Source: Takakia lepidozioides
Lineage: Eukaryota > Plantae > Bryophyta
Assembly (NCBI GenBank): GCA_030704615.1
Contig: CM060734.1
Location: forward strand, 124,001-188,000
DNA: 64,000 bases
Reading direction: 5' to 3'
Under the pieces are notes generated by a model, which saw only the letters and a list, made by a program, of their open reading frames with translations, was not told the origin of the DNA and made no database searches. The stretch's first letter is position 1. Every line of letters starts with the position of its first letter. Shown here piece by piece: positions 25,450-37,922 of this stretch. The position numbers and the translations under genes are program-made.

Positions 25450-26639
25450 ATGTTAAAGTTTCATCTTGTGTCAAGAGTTGTGGAGTAGTTTGGTGGTAAG
25501 GAGATAATCGTGGTACCTAGGTGGTCTGTGGTTCAAAATTTGCGCTGCAACGTTTATACGTTTACATCACAATTTTTGAAAAACTCACGATCTAATCGCT
25601 TATATTTAAGGTAGATTTGTCCCCCCTCTGTATGTATAATTCTGTACATGGGGGGTTAAAAATACCCCCTCATGTGCACGCACGCAGCTGGTACAGATTG
25701 GGGGGAGTGCACCCCCCAGGATCTCACCCCCCAAATGCCCCTGCCCTCTCCCTATGCCTACACTATCTCAACACCCACCCCTACCCACAACATCAGCCAC
25801 ACACTAGCCCATGATCTCCCCACCACATCACCCCTATATACAACATACTTCACTCCAACACTCATCCACATCCCTTCGCATTCACATGCCCGCACAACAA
25901 AGGTACACAATCCTCCTCATCAACTTTCTTGCCACCACATCCCTTCAGTATTTCTCATCATACGCTTCCCCCACCCATACACAGCCTACCAGCTCCACCG
26001 TCACTATTGAGGAGGGTAGCTACCGTGTGAGCAGCTCACGTAAGCACGCCCACGCTTTGCACACTAATCGTGAGAAGAATCCCTTAAGCGTGAGCACATT
26101 GTAAGCGTGAGCAAATTAGGGAAGCGGAGCCTACAGCCGAGGTAATACAGGGCCTATTGCCGTGGACGCAAACACTTTTGAATGGAAATTCAAGTAGGCG
26201 GAGATGTCGTGCTCCATGCATGCAATATGGGATGAATATGTGATGAAAAACTGCCGAATGGCAAACACGGCAAACACGACAAATTCTAAACCCAGGGAAA
26301 CACGGGAAACCCTAACCACAAACACTGATCCCGCAACCCAAACTCCAAACCCCCAAGGCAAACCATAAGCCTAAAACCCAAGCCCGCACTGATAAACCCC
26401 AAAGAATAAACGGAAACCACAAACCCAGAACGGTAACCCTAATTCGTGAAAGTGTACCTTACAGAATAAGCCCCAACCAGCGACAATGTAGAAGAGGTGG
26501 AGAAGCGAAGCAAAAAGAGGCTTAAATTTAGAAGAATAGGTGGAAAAAATTCAAGTGTCATAAAGAAGCTCAACGGAAATTGTATGTGTTGTTGAGTTTA
26601 AATAAGTGTATTTTAATTTGGCAGAAGCTTAGTTCCAGC

Positions 26640-26727
26640 CCAGAAGACCAGCCAGATTAAGCTGTCATCAACGACACCTTAATCTGGCACATTCGGAAAA
26701 TAAAAATAAAAATAAAAATCGGTTTTG

Positions 26728-26758
<31 letters not shown>

Positions 26759-27030
26759 GTTTTTTGTTTTTGTTTTTTTTTTTGGTGTTGCTGCTTTTTT
26801 GTTTTTCAATATCCTTCTGCTTAGAGGGGTGGAGATTAAGCTGGCGTCAACGCCATCTTAATCCAGACCCAGACAGACAGACAGGTAGATAGATAGACAG
26901 GGTTCTTGAGTCTGTTTGTCAATTTTCTTGTGCTTAGAGGGGTGGAGATTAAGCTGACGTCAACGCCATCTTAATCCAGACCCAGACAGACAGAGAGAGA
27001 AGACTCCGGCCGAGGCCGGTGTAAGTAAGA
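26640..27030 (-). repeat. Hairpin- and microsatellite-bearing repeat, possibly a Helentron/HINE-like end
   Basis: Three copies of the agattaagctg...cttaatc hairpin, (gaca)n/(ga)n tracts and a terminal ccggccgaggccgg hairpin. Confidence 0.4.
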
Positions 27031-28670
27031 GCCACTTCGTCTTGCGGCTACTGCCCTTTTTCAAGGGTGGGCCCTATGTAAAAATAACCGGTGTCCAGGG
27101 GACACCAAGTAACCAGTCTAGGGGGGGGGGGGCGTATCCGGTAGAGACAGTACCGTGTCGTACCCAAGGGGGGCACCCCGTTGGTGCTTGCCGGGTATCC
27201 ATATATATGTATCTAGGAGGCAAGAGCAGGGTTTGATTCGAGCTGTCTTTTGTTGGTGATGATAGCAGTGAGAGAACGGAGGACCATGAGGTGTATGGCT
27301 TTGAAGCATTTATAGATGGAGATGATGGGAAGATTAAAGTTATTTTGAAGTTCAGAGATGTTGGCATTGTGGATGCCCCCTCTGGTGCCGGCAATGATGA
27401 CAGTGAGGGGGCCTGTGGCCCATCCCCTCCGGCGGATAGCAAGAATGAGTGGTGCATATTTTTGGCGTTTTTCGAGGATAGAGGAGCTGGGGAAGCCATG
27501 GCAAAATGTGAATTCTAAGAAGTGTATGGTAATGGCGGGGGACGGGGCAGAGGGTGGTGGAGCGTTGATGGGGAGCCCCTAGACTATGAGGATATCCGGA
27601 CAGAGGCGGGAAGGGCATGTACATGATGTGTGGGGGTGACATATACAGGGGAGTAGCCACGTAGGTACCGTGTGGTCTGGGGGCCGACCTTGGTAGGTGC
27701 CCGCATTGATGAGTGGGGAGGCACCCAGTTGGGCAAGGAGATCAGCCTCCTCGTTGCCGTGGATACCTGTGTGTGAACGAACTTTGAGAAGATGAAGGGG
27801 TTTATTGATGGAAATGGCTAGGTTGATAATGGCGGTAATAAGGTTTCGGTTGGGGTGGTGGAGGTGGGAGGGGGACAAGCCAAGTGGTTGCAAAGTATAA
27901 AGAGAGAATTTAGGCTATCCGTGAAGATGTAGTATGGGGGTGGGAACGAGGCCAGTTGTGACAGAGCTTCAAAAATGGCCGTAAGTTCGGCTCAGAGTAT
28001 GGTCACGGGGCCTGGGAGACGATGTGCAGTACCTTTGTTAGAAGCGACATGGTAGACGCCGTATCCGGCGCGGGAGCCAAATTGGGAGCCGTATGTGTAG
28101 TGTGAGTGGAGGGGGGGGTATTTTGGGGAAGTGGGCCCAACGTGAACCGGGGGGGCGTTGTGGGAGATAGTATGAGTTGGGCTGGGGCAGGGGGGCGCTA
28201 AGGTCCATGCTTTTAGCTTAGTGGGTAGTCTGGCGGTGGGGTTGCATGTGGGTGGAGGTGAGTATGGCGTGAGTAACATGTTATGGGTATCGTAAAGTAG
28301 ACGATTGAGATGAGCGGGGAAGTCGGAGGGTATGGGGGGCATGAGATAGCTTGGACAAGCAGAATTAGGGTCAGAGTAGTTTCCTTGTGGCGGAGGTATT
28401 TTGGGAATGGTAGGTTGTGTGTGTAGAAAAGATGGTTGGGTTCAATAGCGGCTAACGGTATTACTTCTAGAGGAAGTTGTAGAAGGGGATGTTGGTGGTC
28501 AGGTGAGCTTTGTTGTGTAAGAATGAGAATAGTGGAGGCGGAGGGGGAGGAGTTGGCGGCGAGGCGCGCCCATAGGAGAGCCTCATGTGTGAGGGGCCTG
28601 GGAGGTGGGTGCGCAAGGCCACCGCCGGACCAGGAGTGTTGGGTAGCGGGGCCCAAGGCTCCGAATAAAT
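27030..28670 (-). mobile_element. 3' part of a non-LTR retrotransposon with RNase H and restriction-like endonuclease (Dualen/RandI-like); internally deleted
   Basis: YTYGS..AGYGVY..RLPGPVTIL(R)AELTAI..IFTDS..KVRSHTGIHGNEEADLLA (RNase H), then PDILIV...LEFTFCH...K...IIAGTRG (PD-(D/E)xK-type RLE). Confidence 0.8.
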
Positions 28671-28709
28671 GGGAAAAAAAAAAGTTTTCTTCGCTCACTT
28701 TTGGAGAAA

Positions 28710-29154
28710 TCAATATATAAAGCGAGACGTTTGTTTTGTTTTGTTTTGTTTGTTTGTAGCGTCGTTGAGATCTCCCAAACCGCGGGGCTCCAGCCCCGGT
28801 GCTTGGTGCCGTTAGAAAGCCCTCGATGAGGAGGGGTGCACCGGCTTGGTCTCATGATTTTGGACCCGCGGTGTGGGAGATGTGGAATTCTGAGTACTTT
28901 GGGTCGCTGGAACTTCGAGAAAAATAGCAAAGTGGGCTTTCCTGGAGTAGTGATTGGCCCTTCACGTGGGAGATTTGGAACCTCGACTGGAGAGATATCA
29001 AGGGAAAGGTCTCCGGTTCAAAACTGGTCGTAGGCTCTGTGGAAAAAAAACTTACTTAGATGACATTGGACACTTGGGCCAACGGCAAAGGCTACCCTAG
29101 AGGTTGCATTTGGGCCTCGACATAGGTGACGCACTTTGATACATAGGGGATTGC
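28710..29154 (+). mobile_element. Non-autonomous Helitron, 3'-truncated after its first hairpin-CTAG
   Basis: A|TCAATATATAAAGCGAGACG 5' end and gggccaacggcaaaggctaccCTAG at ~29076-29100. Similarity to copy A continues to 29154. Confidence 0.7.
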
Positions 29155-29519
29155 CTTTGGACTTTTGCCCTTCACGAAGAAAACACCAACGGAAGAAAAT
29201 CAGGCACAAAAGGGATGAAGTTTTCTCAAAACCGTTACCAGAAGCTAAATGCTTCTTGGTAAGCCTGGGCCCAGCAATTAAAGGCAACTGCGCTTTAAAC
29301 CTAGGCAACCAGCAGGACAGAATTATCTCCACGAGAACCTCGAGAGAAGTTAGAGGAGAAGCCTACAGAGGAGAACCCCTACTTAAACCCAGAAACGAAC
29401 TCCTCACCTTCTCTTCCGCAAACTGGAAATTGCTGTCTACACTTCTAGTGTGCTTCATACTGCTTGTGATACAGGAATTGGTGCTCCAATTCCTTACAGC
29501 AACCGCAAGACTAAGAGAA

Positions 29520-32367
29520 ATGGCAGGCACCAAGTTCTTATGCACAAGTGAATTTCAAAATCAGCCCGGCGTTGCGGAAAATCGAGCAGGACACAGAGAC
29601 ACAGGAGACGTTAGACAGTCTTGGCCTGCGATACTTCATCACCACGCTGGACTGGAACCTTAAGCATGACAAGCTGTGCAGGGAATTCTTGGAGAACTAC
29701 AAACCTCCAAGGTTTGTACTTGCAGATTTGTTTGAGAATCTCAACCAAGCCGATCAGGGCTACACATGCAGTCACAGCAAAAGCCCCGGCTTTAGGAAGA
29801 TAGCTCCGGTACTTGGCACGTTGCTTTGCCTCAGGCAAAACCACAGCTATTGCAGCAAGGAGCTAATCGATCAAGTGTTGATTTGCCTCAATGGGCAAAT
29901 CGTGAATTGGGCAAGCTTCTTATTGAAGAAGTTGACCCAAGAATTGACCAGGTTGACAAAGAAGAAGAAGGAAGCAACTGTTACCATGGCTACTCCCTAG
30001 TTACTCCAAATGATTCGACACACTGTACACCTAACACCCGAAAGAGTAAGCGACGTTGGGGATTATGCAACGGGTAGATACGATGGAGGAAGAAGGAAGT
30101 GAGATGGCATCAGGTCAAGAAGAAGAAGAGGGCGGACTTGCAAAGAGAGCCCGGATCAACGAAGCAACCACAAGTGCAGCAGCAGAGGACATCATCAACT
30201 CAACGGCTGACTCCACAGTGCAGAGAGAAGGGGAGAATCAACAGCCAAAAGGAGGGAACCAACCACAGACCAATGAAGCAACACCCATGGAAATTAGCCA
30301 TGGTAACACCGAAGCCCAGCAAGCAGCACACACAGAGGCCACACAACCAGGAACAGAGGAGGGAGACATAGTGGCGCAGCAACAGCAGATGGTGCAAGAG
30401 ACATCTAGTGAGCAACAACAGTAGGTGGTGCAAGAGGCACAGAATCAGCAGCAGCAAGACAGTAATTCCAATTTGGAATTACTACTAGCACAACAAGTTC
30501 TGGATACAACAGTATGGGACACAGGGTTGGAAGAAATGCCACAAAATGTAATTCTGCAGGCAATACAAGCATTGGGTCAAGTGACAGCTTGTATGGACAG
30601 GGCCAAGGATTACATCAGCCCAGAGAACCTGAGCATGATCTTAGACCACATCAAAGAGAAACACCAGAGGGAATTGGCGGCCGCAAGAACACTATGTAAC
30701 CATGAGGTTACAATTGCAGCGTTAGAAGATCAAAATACGACCTTACTTTGCCAATACAACACTTTGACACAACGCAAAGATGAGTGGGAGCAGAAGTGGG
30801 AAAGATAGAGAGACAAAACATGCTATGTCCAAGCCGACCTCGATGCAGAGCAAGAACGATCTCGGAAAACAGAGACAAAGGTGGAAACACTCAGGACAGG
30901 TGCAGACGCTTAAGCAGCAGGTGGAGACACTCGAGGGGCAGCTGAAGACTGCCAAAGATCAAGGAAACAAGTGGCTCACATGCAACACTGCACTGCTGAG
31001 AGAAAGTGAAAGTGCTGAAAGCAGGCTGTTTACAGCCACCACAGAAAGAGACATTGCCATGGGCAATGAATAAGAATGGAAACAGCAGCTGGAAAAGCTG
31101 ACATTGCAAGCAGGGCTGGACGCAGCAAACGCAGCCTTGGCCAAAGCCTGGTTGAATGAAGGGAGTGAACTGGAAATGAAGAAATGGTGAGGCAGATGAA
31201 ATGTCAGTTGGCGAAGTTGGTGACAAACATTCATGAGGAATTCCTGCCACCAATTCCAGAACAAGAGGAGCTCATGGACGAAGACGATCAAGAGGAGAAG
31301 ACCATGAACGAGAAGCACCAATACAATCAACAACAACAACACCAGCAACACAACCACCATCAATTCAATAGACACTGGTACAGGCCACAGCAGGGCCATC
31401 TACTCAAGAGGTAAACCTTGTAACACTACCAAGTGTCCTAGTAGCATCAACTTCGGTAGCAGTGGATGATTTCCAAATCATGCCCTGCAAGCAGAATGGG
31501 GAGCGGCTAAAATATTCGGAGGAATACTTTAAAATGATGGTAGTCCCAGCCCACCAAATCCCAGAAATACTGGAGAAGGTCTTCAAAACCTTAACCCCCT
31601 GCAGATCATTGGGTCAATTGCATCTGCTCAATCAAACTCTTATACCTCTGAGATACAGGATGAGGCCACTGGCTAGGGAAGAGACATGGTCAGGGGCAGA
31701 ATTGGTTGAATTCTGGCGTCAGGCTCCCCTGGAATACAAGGAGCTGGTAGCTTACATGTGGGCAGTGGGGCAGGTGAAGATTAATCCTACCCCGGCAGTA
31801 GACATTGTAATGGGCTGCCCAAGTTTTTATATTGGCAGTTACTTGTACCGGATGTTCGTGACAATGAGGGGAAGCTGGCAGCACTATGAGAGTATTGAAA
31901 AAGATACTCACTGGGAATTACCCAAATTCCAGCCACCAGAGAGAGTCACAGGCTCTTCAGCATACATGAACAGACCACTATATGCTGAAGCATGGCGCCA
32001 GGTGAAAGACCACTTTTCACCATTGGTCTTGGACAGAGACCACCCTTTCAGAGAAACAGGGATCCAAGCTTTTAACTGGTTAATGGGCAGCAGGGCGACT
32101 AAACACATTATACCCTGGACCAAGGAGGAGTTGCAAACCTACCGAGAAACCTTGACCACCAGAATCGACATGGTACATGGGGACGGAGTAGCAGAACACC
32201 TTGATGACGAAAGCTGGCTCGCTCATGAACCAGAGGAGCAACCAGACAGCGACGACAACAAGAACAAGAAGCTGCCACCACGACAATCCTGGGATGCACT
32301 TCCTACCCCGCAGACAAGCATGCCACCACCCTACATCCCCAAGAGATACAACAAGCACAAGAACTGA
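29520..32367 (+). pseudogene. Long additional ORF (~950 codons, decayed) in the 3' internal region of an LTR retrotransposon
   Basis: Collinear ORFs 29548, 30056, 30425, 30780, 31184 and 31462. N-terminal ...LCREFL...GQIVNWASFLLKKLTQEL, then Q/E-rich and coiled-coil segments, then a 301-aa globular ORF ending just before a PPT. Confidence 0.6.
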
Positions 32368-32409
32368 TGAAATTGTGCGGACACAATTTCAAAAGAGGGG
32401 GGGAATAAA

Positions 32410-33281
32410 TGATAACAGCTATACTACGAGGGCCAGACAACGAGGGTCACAACGGGACATACCGGGTAGTGATTGGTGTACACTACCTGGTCACGGGCAG
32501 AAAAGGCTAAGTACGCGGTACTTAGCAAATGGCGGAACAATGGTACATTACCACGGGAGCAGTAGTGAGTAGTGTAGTGACCGTGGGCCGTGAACCACGA
32601 TATCACACGGCCACGTTAGCATCGGCTTTAACCAGTAGAGGGAGTAGTGGACCGTTTACCACTATGACTCACGACCACTACAACGAGCCACTTTTTTAGC
32701 AAACCTTTTAGGTTGCGTAGGCAGTTAGGCAAACAGTCATTAACGACCGCAAGCTGTAACGGCTCTTTCGAGCATAGTATAAAAAAGCTGCACACAACTT
32801 AGAATGAGAGCAATATGAGTATCAGTGATCAGTGTGTATTCACGGACTCAGAGTGATTCAATGTGTACCTCTGTGATGATATGACGAACTCTGAAGTAAA
32901 GCCATGCTATTCGAAGTATCTCTGTGTAGAGTGAACGTGAGATGGAGAGATTGTGCATTATGAGAGAACGTGAGATGGTGAGAATGTGTATCATCTCACG
33001 ATAGTTCTTGTTTTCCTTAACTACCATTTGCTTAACGACTTCGGTCTTTTCGACTAAGATCTTTCATGCCAAAGAGACTGTAAGTTGAGCTTAATCAATA
33101 GGATTAAGCAGCCTGCAGGGAGATGAATTCATACGATGTTCATGGTTTAGCTATCCTTAAAACAATTACTCCGTAATCGTTTCTGAAAGCATACCGTCGG
33201 ACAACCTCTGTTGCATGACTTAGGAAATGGGCAGTAGTGTTGATAGCCTGTTTTGTCTAAGTCATAAACCAGCGGTTAACA
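32410..33281 (+). mobile_element. 3' LTR (872 bp) preceded by a polypurine tract
   Basis: PPT aaaagaggggggga at ~32391-32405; termini TGATAAC...GTTAACA; tataaaa at ~32778. Confidence 0.7.
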
Positions 33282-33531
33282 AAGCAAAGCAGGCAAACTC
33301 GCAAGGCAATAGAAGGGAGGGAGAGAGACTTCCCAGCACAAATGCCACTGGCAAGATGCCACTGCATTCACAGCAGTGTTTCCCGCTGCTAGAGAGACAA
33401 GGCGCCGCCTTCGCGTATCCCCAGACGCTCGCCCAACACGGGTACGACACCACAAAAGGGGCAGCCACCAAAGCACGTCCGCCATAACACTCTCGCCGCG
33501 AGCTCAGAAGCACATCTCGTGCTTCTGACAG

Positions 33532-34177
33532 CGGGAGAGACAACATAGGGTTTTTTTGGCCCGATTTTTCATCCGTGGATGAAAAACAATAAAAAACACC
33601 TTTCTACCCTGACGGATTTTATCCGTAGCTGAGTTAAACATAGGTTTTAGGGTAGGGGTTAGGGTTTCACCCCGTAATTAATCATAATTAGGGGTAGTTA
33701 AGATCAATTCCAGGTCATAATCATATGTACTCGTCATCCATAAACAAATCACTTGTCAGGATGAAAAGTAGGGAATATCATCCGTGGCAGCGGTTTACCT
33801 CCTCCTAGGTAATTCATCATTCCTCACCAGACCACCCGGTATGGATACAAAAGAGTCAATGAAAGAGGAATGAAAAATTATTATCCTGGTAGTTTTTCAA
33901 CCGGTATGGATGAAAAACAAGATGTTGTTGGCAACCCTCATAGAGGTAATTTTTCATTCCTTGGTGACTCATCTGGTATGGATGAGAGTCAATAAAAGAG
34001 GAATGAAAAAACCAAAAAACCATCCTAACGGTAATTCAGTGTCCATCCTGGTGGCTCATCCGGTATGGATGAAAAACCGATAGAGGATGGACGAAACTCT
34101 GTTAAAACTTCGTCCGGTATGGGTGAAAAAACAGGAAATCAACACTGATAACAACCTGCCGGTTCCCAGGAGAGAGG
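33532..34177. repeat. 646-bp direct repeat, copy 1
   Basis: cgggagagacaacatagg...ccggttcccaggagagagg, near-identical to 35842-36486. Confidence 0.95.
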
Positions 34178-35841
34178 AGGCACCCACCAACCAGCCCCTG
34201 GTATGGCAGTCCCTTATGGAGTAAGTGTGGTATGCACTCACCCCGTAAGGGAGTGCAGACCCCTTCATAAGGATTCTCCCTCTTCAGTAGCTTCTAACCC
34301 CTGGACAGATTTGCCAAAGGGGCTGGAAAGGCCTACTTCCTCATCCTCTCATGTCAAGAAACAAGATTCTGTTGTCATGGATCACAAACAAGTGTTAGGT
34401 AGGATGGTAGCAACCTGCTGCCCATCTATACACCATCCTGGTTTTAAAGCCAATTTTTCCAAAGGTATGATAAGCACATAGCATATTACATATGCATATT
34501 TATTTAGTGGTGCTACATAGAGCAAAGCCACTTGTAGAGAGGTATGAAAGCATGTGAGCCAAAGAGTATCTAAAACTGATACAAGGCATCAGCTACAAGA
34601 AACCATCTAATACGAGTAGTGTGCATTGACCGGATCATGTAGAAGGTGTACACATACTCCTGCAGGTGGTTTTACCTGGGCCTAGCTCAATATATCGGTA
34701 TGAAGATAAACCTCAAAAAGCACTATGTTTATCTCAAAGACCTGCGTGCCCAAATTCACCAACAAGTTTTTGCTGGAGGACATACCTTATGAAGGTCATT
34801 GCTCCATATCTTTGTCATGGAGGGACCTTCTGCCAGGCCAGAAACAAACCATATTAGTATATCAACATGATGAAGAAATAACCAAAAAGGAAAGTGGTAG
34901 ATGGTGTGTACAAGAACTACCAAGTACACTGGAAAAGGAAGAGTGGGAAGATATTCACGTCATGTCAAGACATGGACAAGATCCTACTAGGGTCATTGTC
35001 AATTAAAGACATAAACAGCCCAAAACAGGGCACCATCTAACATTTCCATTCTTGTCATAGCTACCCATGAATTGACATCACCTAATCATTCTTGATAAAA
35101 CAGGGTGGGAGGGCGGGGTTTGTTCATGTACAGGTCATGACAACAAGACAAGCGTATAAGCAAGCATCTTGTGTTCTGAAAAAACAGATTGCTGCAGCCT
35201 GTCATACCCTTTCTTGGCATCACAATTACAACAAGACATGCATAGAGCAAAACATCTTGGGTATGTGAAACCAGCCTACAATATTACAGATTCAAGACAT
35301 GCCCTTCAAGCAAACATCTTGGGTATGACAAAATAATTAGCACCAGCCTACCTTATCATGCATCAAGCAAGGCATAACGACCAGCCTGGAATCAAAACAT
35401 GCCTCCAAGCACTCCTACTTGGGCATGATGAAATAGATTCCATACCATTTGTACTCACCCCGAGACATGTAATCATACAAGGTGTCAAGGGAATGTGAAT
35501 TCAGCCTGTCAAATTGCAACTTCAAGACTTGTACACACAAGCAACTTGAACGACTGAGATCCAGCCTCTTTGGCACATAAAAAACTCAGATTGCAGGTCA
35601 TAGGCCTGATGTCATGACAAGGCCAAAACTATAGGTGGGATTCCATTATAGCTTACCATCCTCATCCTTCAAGAGGTCCATGTTAAAGCTTGCAAAGAAC
35701 ACCTCACTATGATCCATCACACACCAAAAACAGGCCCGAAAACGAGCAGGTCGGTGCCTTATCAGGCTGCCGCCATAACATTCAAGGCCACCACGTCCTT
35801 AGAGTCCCAAACCCGCCGAGGCAGCCCCCATAAAACCAGAT

Positions 35842-36486
35842 CGGGAGAGACAACATAGGGTTTTTTTGGCCCGATTTTTCATCCGTGGATGAAAAACAGT
35901 AAAAAACACCTTTCTACCCTGACGGATTTCATCCGTAGCTGAGTTAAACATAGGTTTTAGGGTAGGGGTTAGGGTTTCACCCCGTAATTAATCATAATTA
36001 GGGGTAGTTAAGATCAATTCCAGGTCATAATCATCTGTACTCGTCATCCATAAACAGATCACTTGTCAGGATGAAAAGTAGGGAATATCTCTGTGGCAGC
36101 GGTTTACCTCCTCCTAGGTAATTCATCATTCCTCACCAGACCACCCGGTATGGATAAAAAAGAGTCAATGAAAGAGGAATGAAAAATTATTATCCTGGTA
36201 GTTTTTCAACCGGTATGGATGAAAAACAGGATGTTGTTGGCAACCCTCATAGAGGTAATTTTTCATTCCTTGGTGACTCATCTGGTATGGATGAGAGTCA
36301 ATAAAAGAGGAATGAAAAAACCAAAAAACCATCCTAACGGTAATTCAGTGTCCATCCTGGTGGCTCATCCGGTATGGATGAAAAACCGATAGAGGATGGA
36401 TGAAACTCTGTTAAAATTTCATCCAGTATGGGTGAAAAAACAAGAAATCAACACTGATAACAACCTGCCGGTTCCCAGGAGAGAGG
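35842..36486. repeat. 646-bp direct repeat, copy 2
   Basis: Same ends and same internal ccggtatggatgaaaaa subrepeats as copy 1. Confidence 0.95.
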
Positions 36487-37330
36487 GAGACAGAGGGAGA
36501 GAGGGGGAAACAAAGAAGAAAAAAGAAGGTGGGGGGGGAGTGACTGAGCAGCAGCAGCTGCTGAGTCACTCCTTCCCCCACCATTTTTATTTTTTTTGGT
36601 TTCCTGATCTCTCATTCTCTCTCCCTATCTTTTGTGCTGCTTAAAAAACAAAACAAACAAGAGAGGGAGAGAGGGGGCAGAAAACTAAAAAAGAGAGAGG
36701 GAGAGGGACAAAGACAAAAAAAAAAAAAAAAGTGGGCGAGAGAAGGGGCAACAAAGAAAAAAAGTGAAGGTGGGGGGGGGGGACTGACTGAGCAGCAGCA
36801 GCTGCTGAGCGGGGAGAGAGAGGGGGCAGAAGAGAGGGAGAGAGATGGAGAGAGGGGAGAGAGAGAGCCAACAAAGCCAAAAAGAAAAACAGTGCATGTG
36901 GGGGGCTGAGAGAAGCAAGTGCTGCTGCTCTCAGCTCCCCCCCACCTTCTTTTTTGTTTTTTTTTCCTTGTCTCTCCCTCTCTCTCCCTCACTCTCTTTT
37001 CTCTCCCTCTGTCCCTCTCCCTCTCTTTCCCCTCTTTCTCTCTCTCTCCCTCTTTTTTTTCACTCACCACAATAAAGAACTAACTAGAGAGGGTGAGGGA
37101 GAAAAGAAAACCTACCTCTGCTGCTTCGGCGTCGTGGCTGCTGCAAACGACGCGTCTCCCCGCCGCTGCAGCGCTCTTTCCCCGCTCCCCCACGCCCCTC
37201 TCTCTCCTTCCGCTTCCTTGCGGACGCCCCTCCACGGCGTTTCTGCCACACAGGAGAGAGAGAGGTTAGCAAGAGAGAAGGAGAGAAAGAGAGAGCAAGA
37301 GAGAAAGAGAAGAAGGAGGCAAAACATACC
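36487..37330. repeat. GA/TC-rich low-complexity region
   Basis: Alternating (GA)n-like and (CT)n-like tracts with a repeated gactgagcagcagcagctgctgag. Confidence 0.8.
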
Positions 37331-37922
37331 TGCGCGGCGCGCCGTTGGAGCGGCAGCAGCAACTTGGGGTGAGTTCGTCTTTGCGTTGCGAGCACCCGGG
37401 GCTGTTTTTGCAGGTTAGTTTCCTCCACCCTAAGCCCCACAGTCCCACCTCTCTCTCTCCCAAAGAGCAAACGAAAACAAGGGGGGGGGAGAGCAGGTGC
37501 TTCAAGCACTTAGGAAAAACAAAATGGCACGGCACGTCGTGCCACACCCGGCCGTGGCACGCCGGCGCCGCACCCTATTTTTGAATTTGAAAATGGGGGT
37601 TGCCACGGCTGGCCGTCGCATCTTCAACCCCCCTCCGTAGCAACAGCAAAAAAACGCGTCGCACGATGCGACGCCGCGGCGTGGCAATGAGCGACGGCAG
37701 GGGGTGGCAACCCCAACCTCCCCCTTGTTAGCTGGGCAACAGGGGGTTACTTTGTAGGTTTAGGGTTTAGGGCCTTTTGGGGTTTTTAGGGTTTTTAGGG
37801 ATTTTTTTTTTTTGTTTTTTTTGTTCCCTTATGGTTCTGGGCTAGGGTGTTTGATTTTCTTTACGGTGCTAGGTTTTGGTTGTGGGTCTTGGGGTTCAAA
37901 GGATAAATGGTGTAATTAGGAT

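Noticed and set aside
25482-25548. tRNA-like A/B boxes (tagtttggtgg ... ggttcaaaa)
   Set aside because: No convincing cloverleaf; at most a degenerate SINE head.
36612-37547. Charged and low-complexity ORFs
   Set aside because: They derive from GA/TC simple sequence.
37755-37800. TTTAGGG telomere-like motifs
   Set aside because: Only two to four degenerate units, so not a telomeric array.
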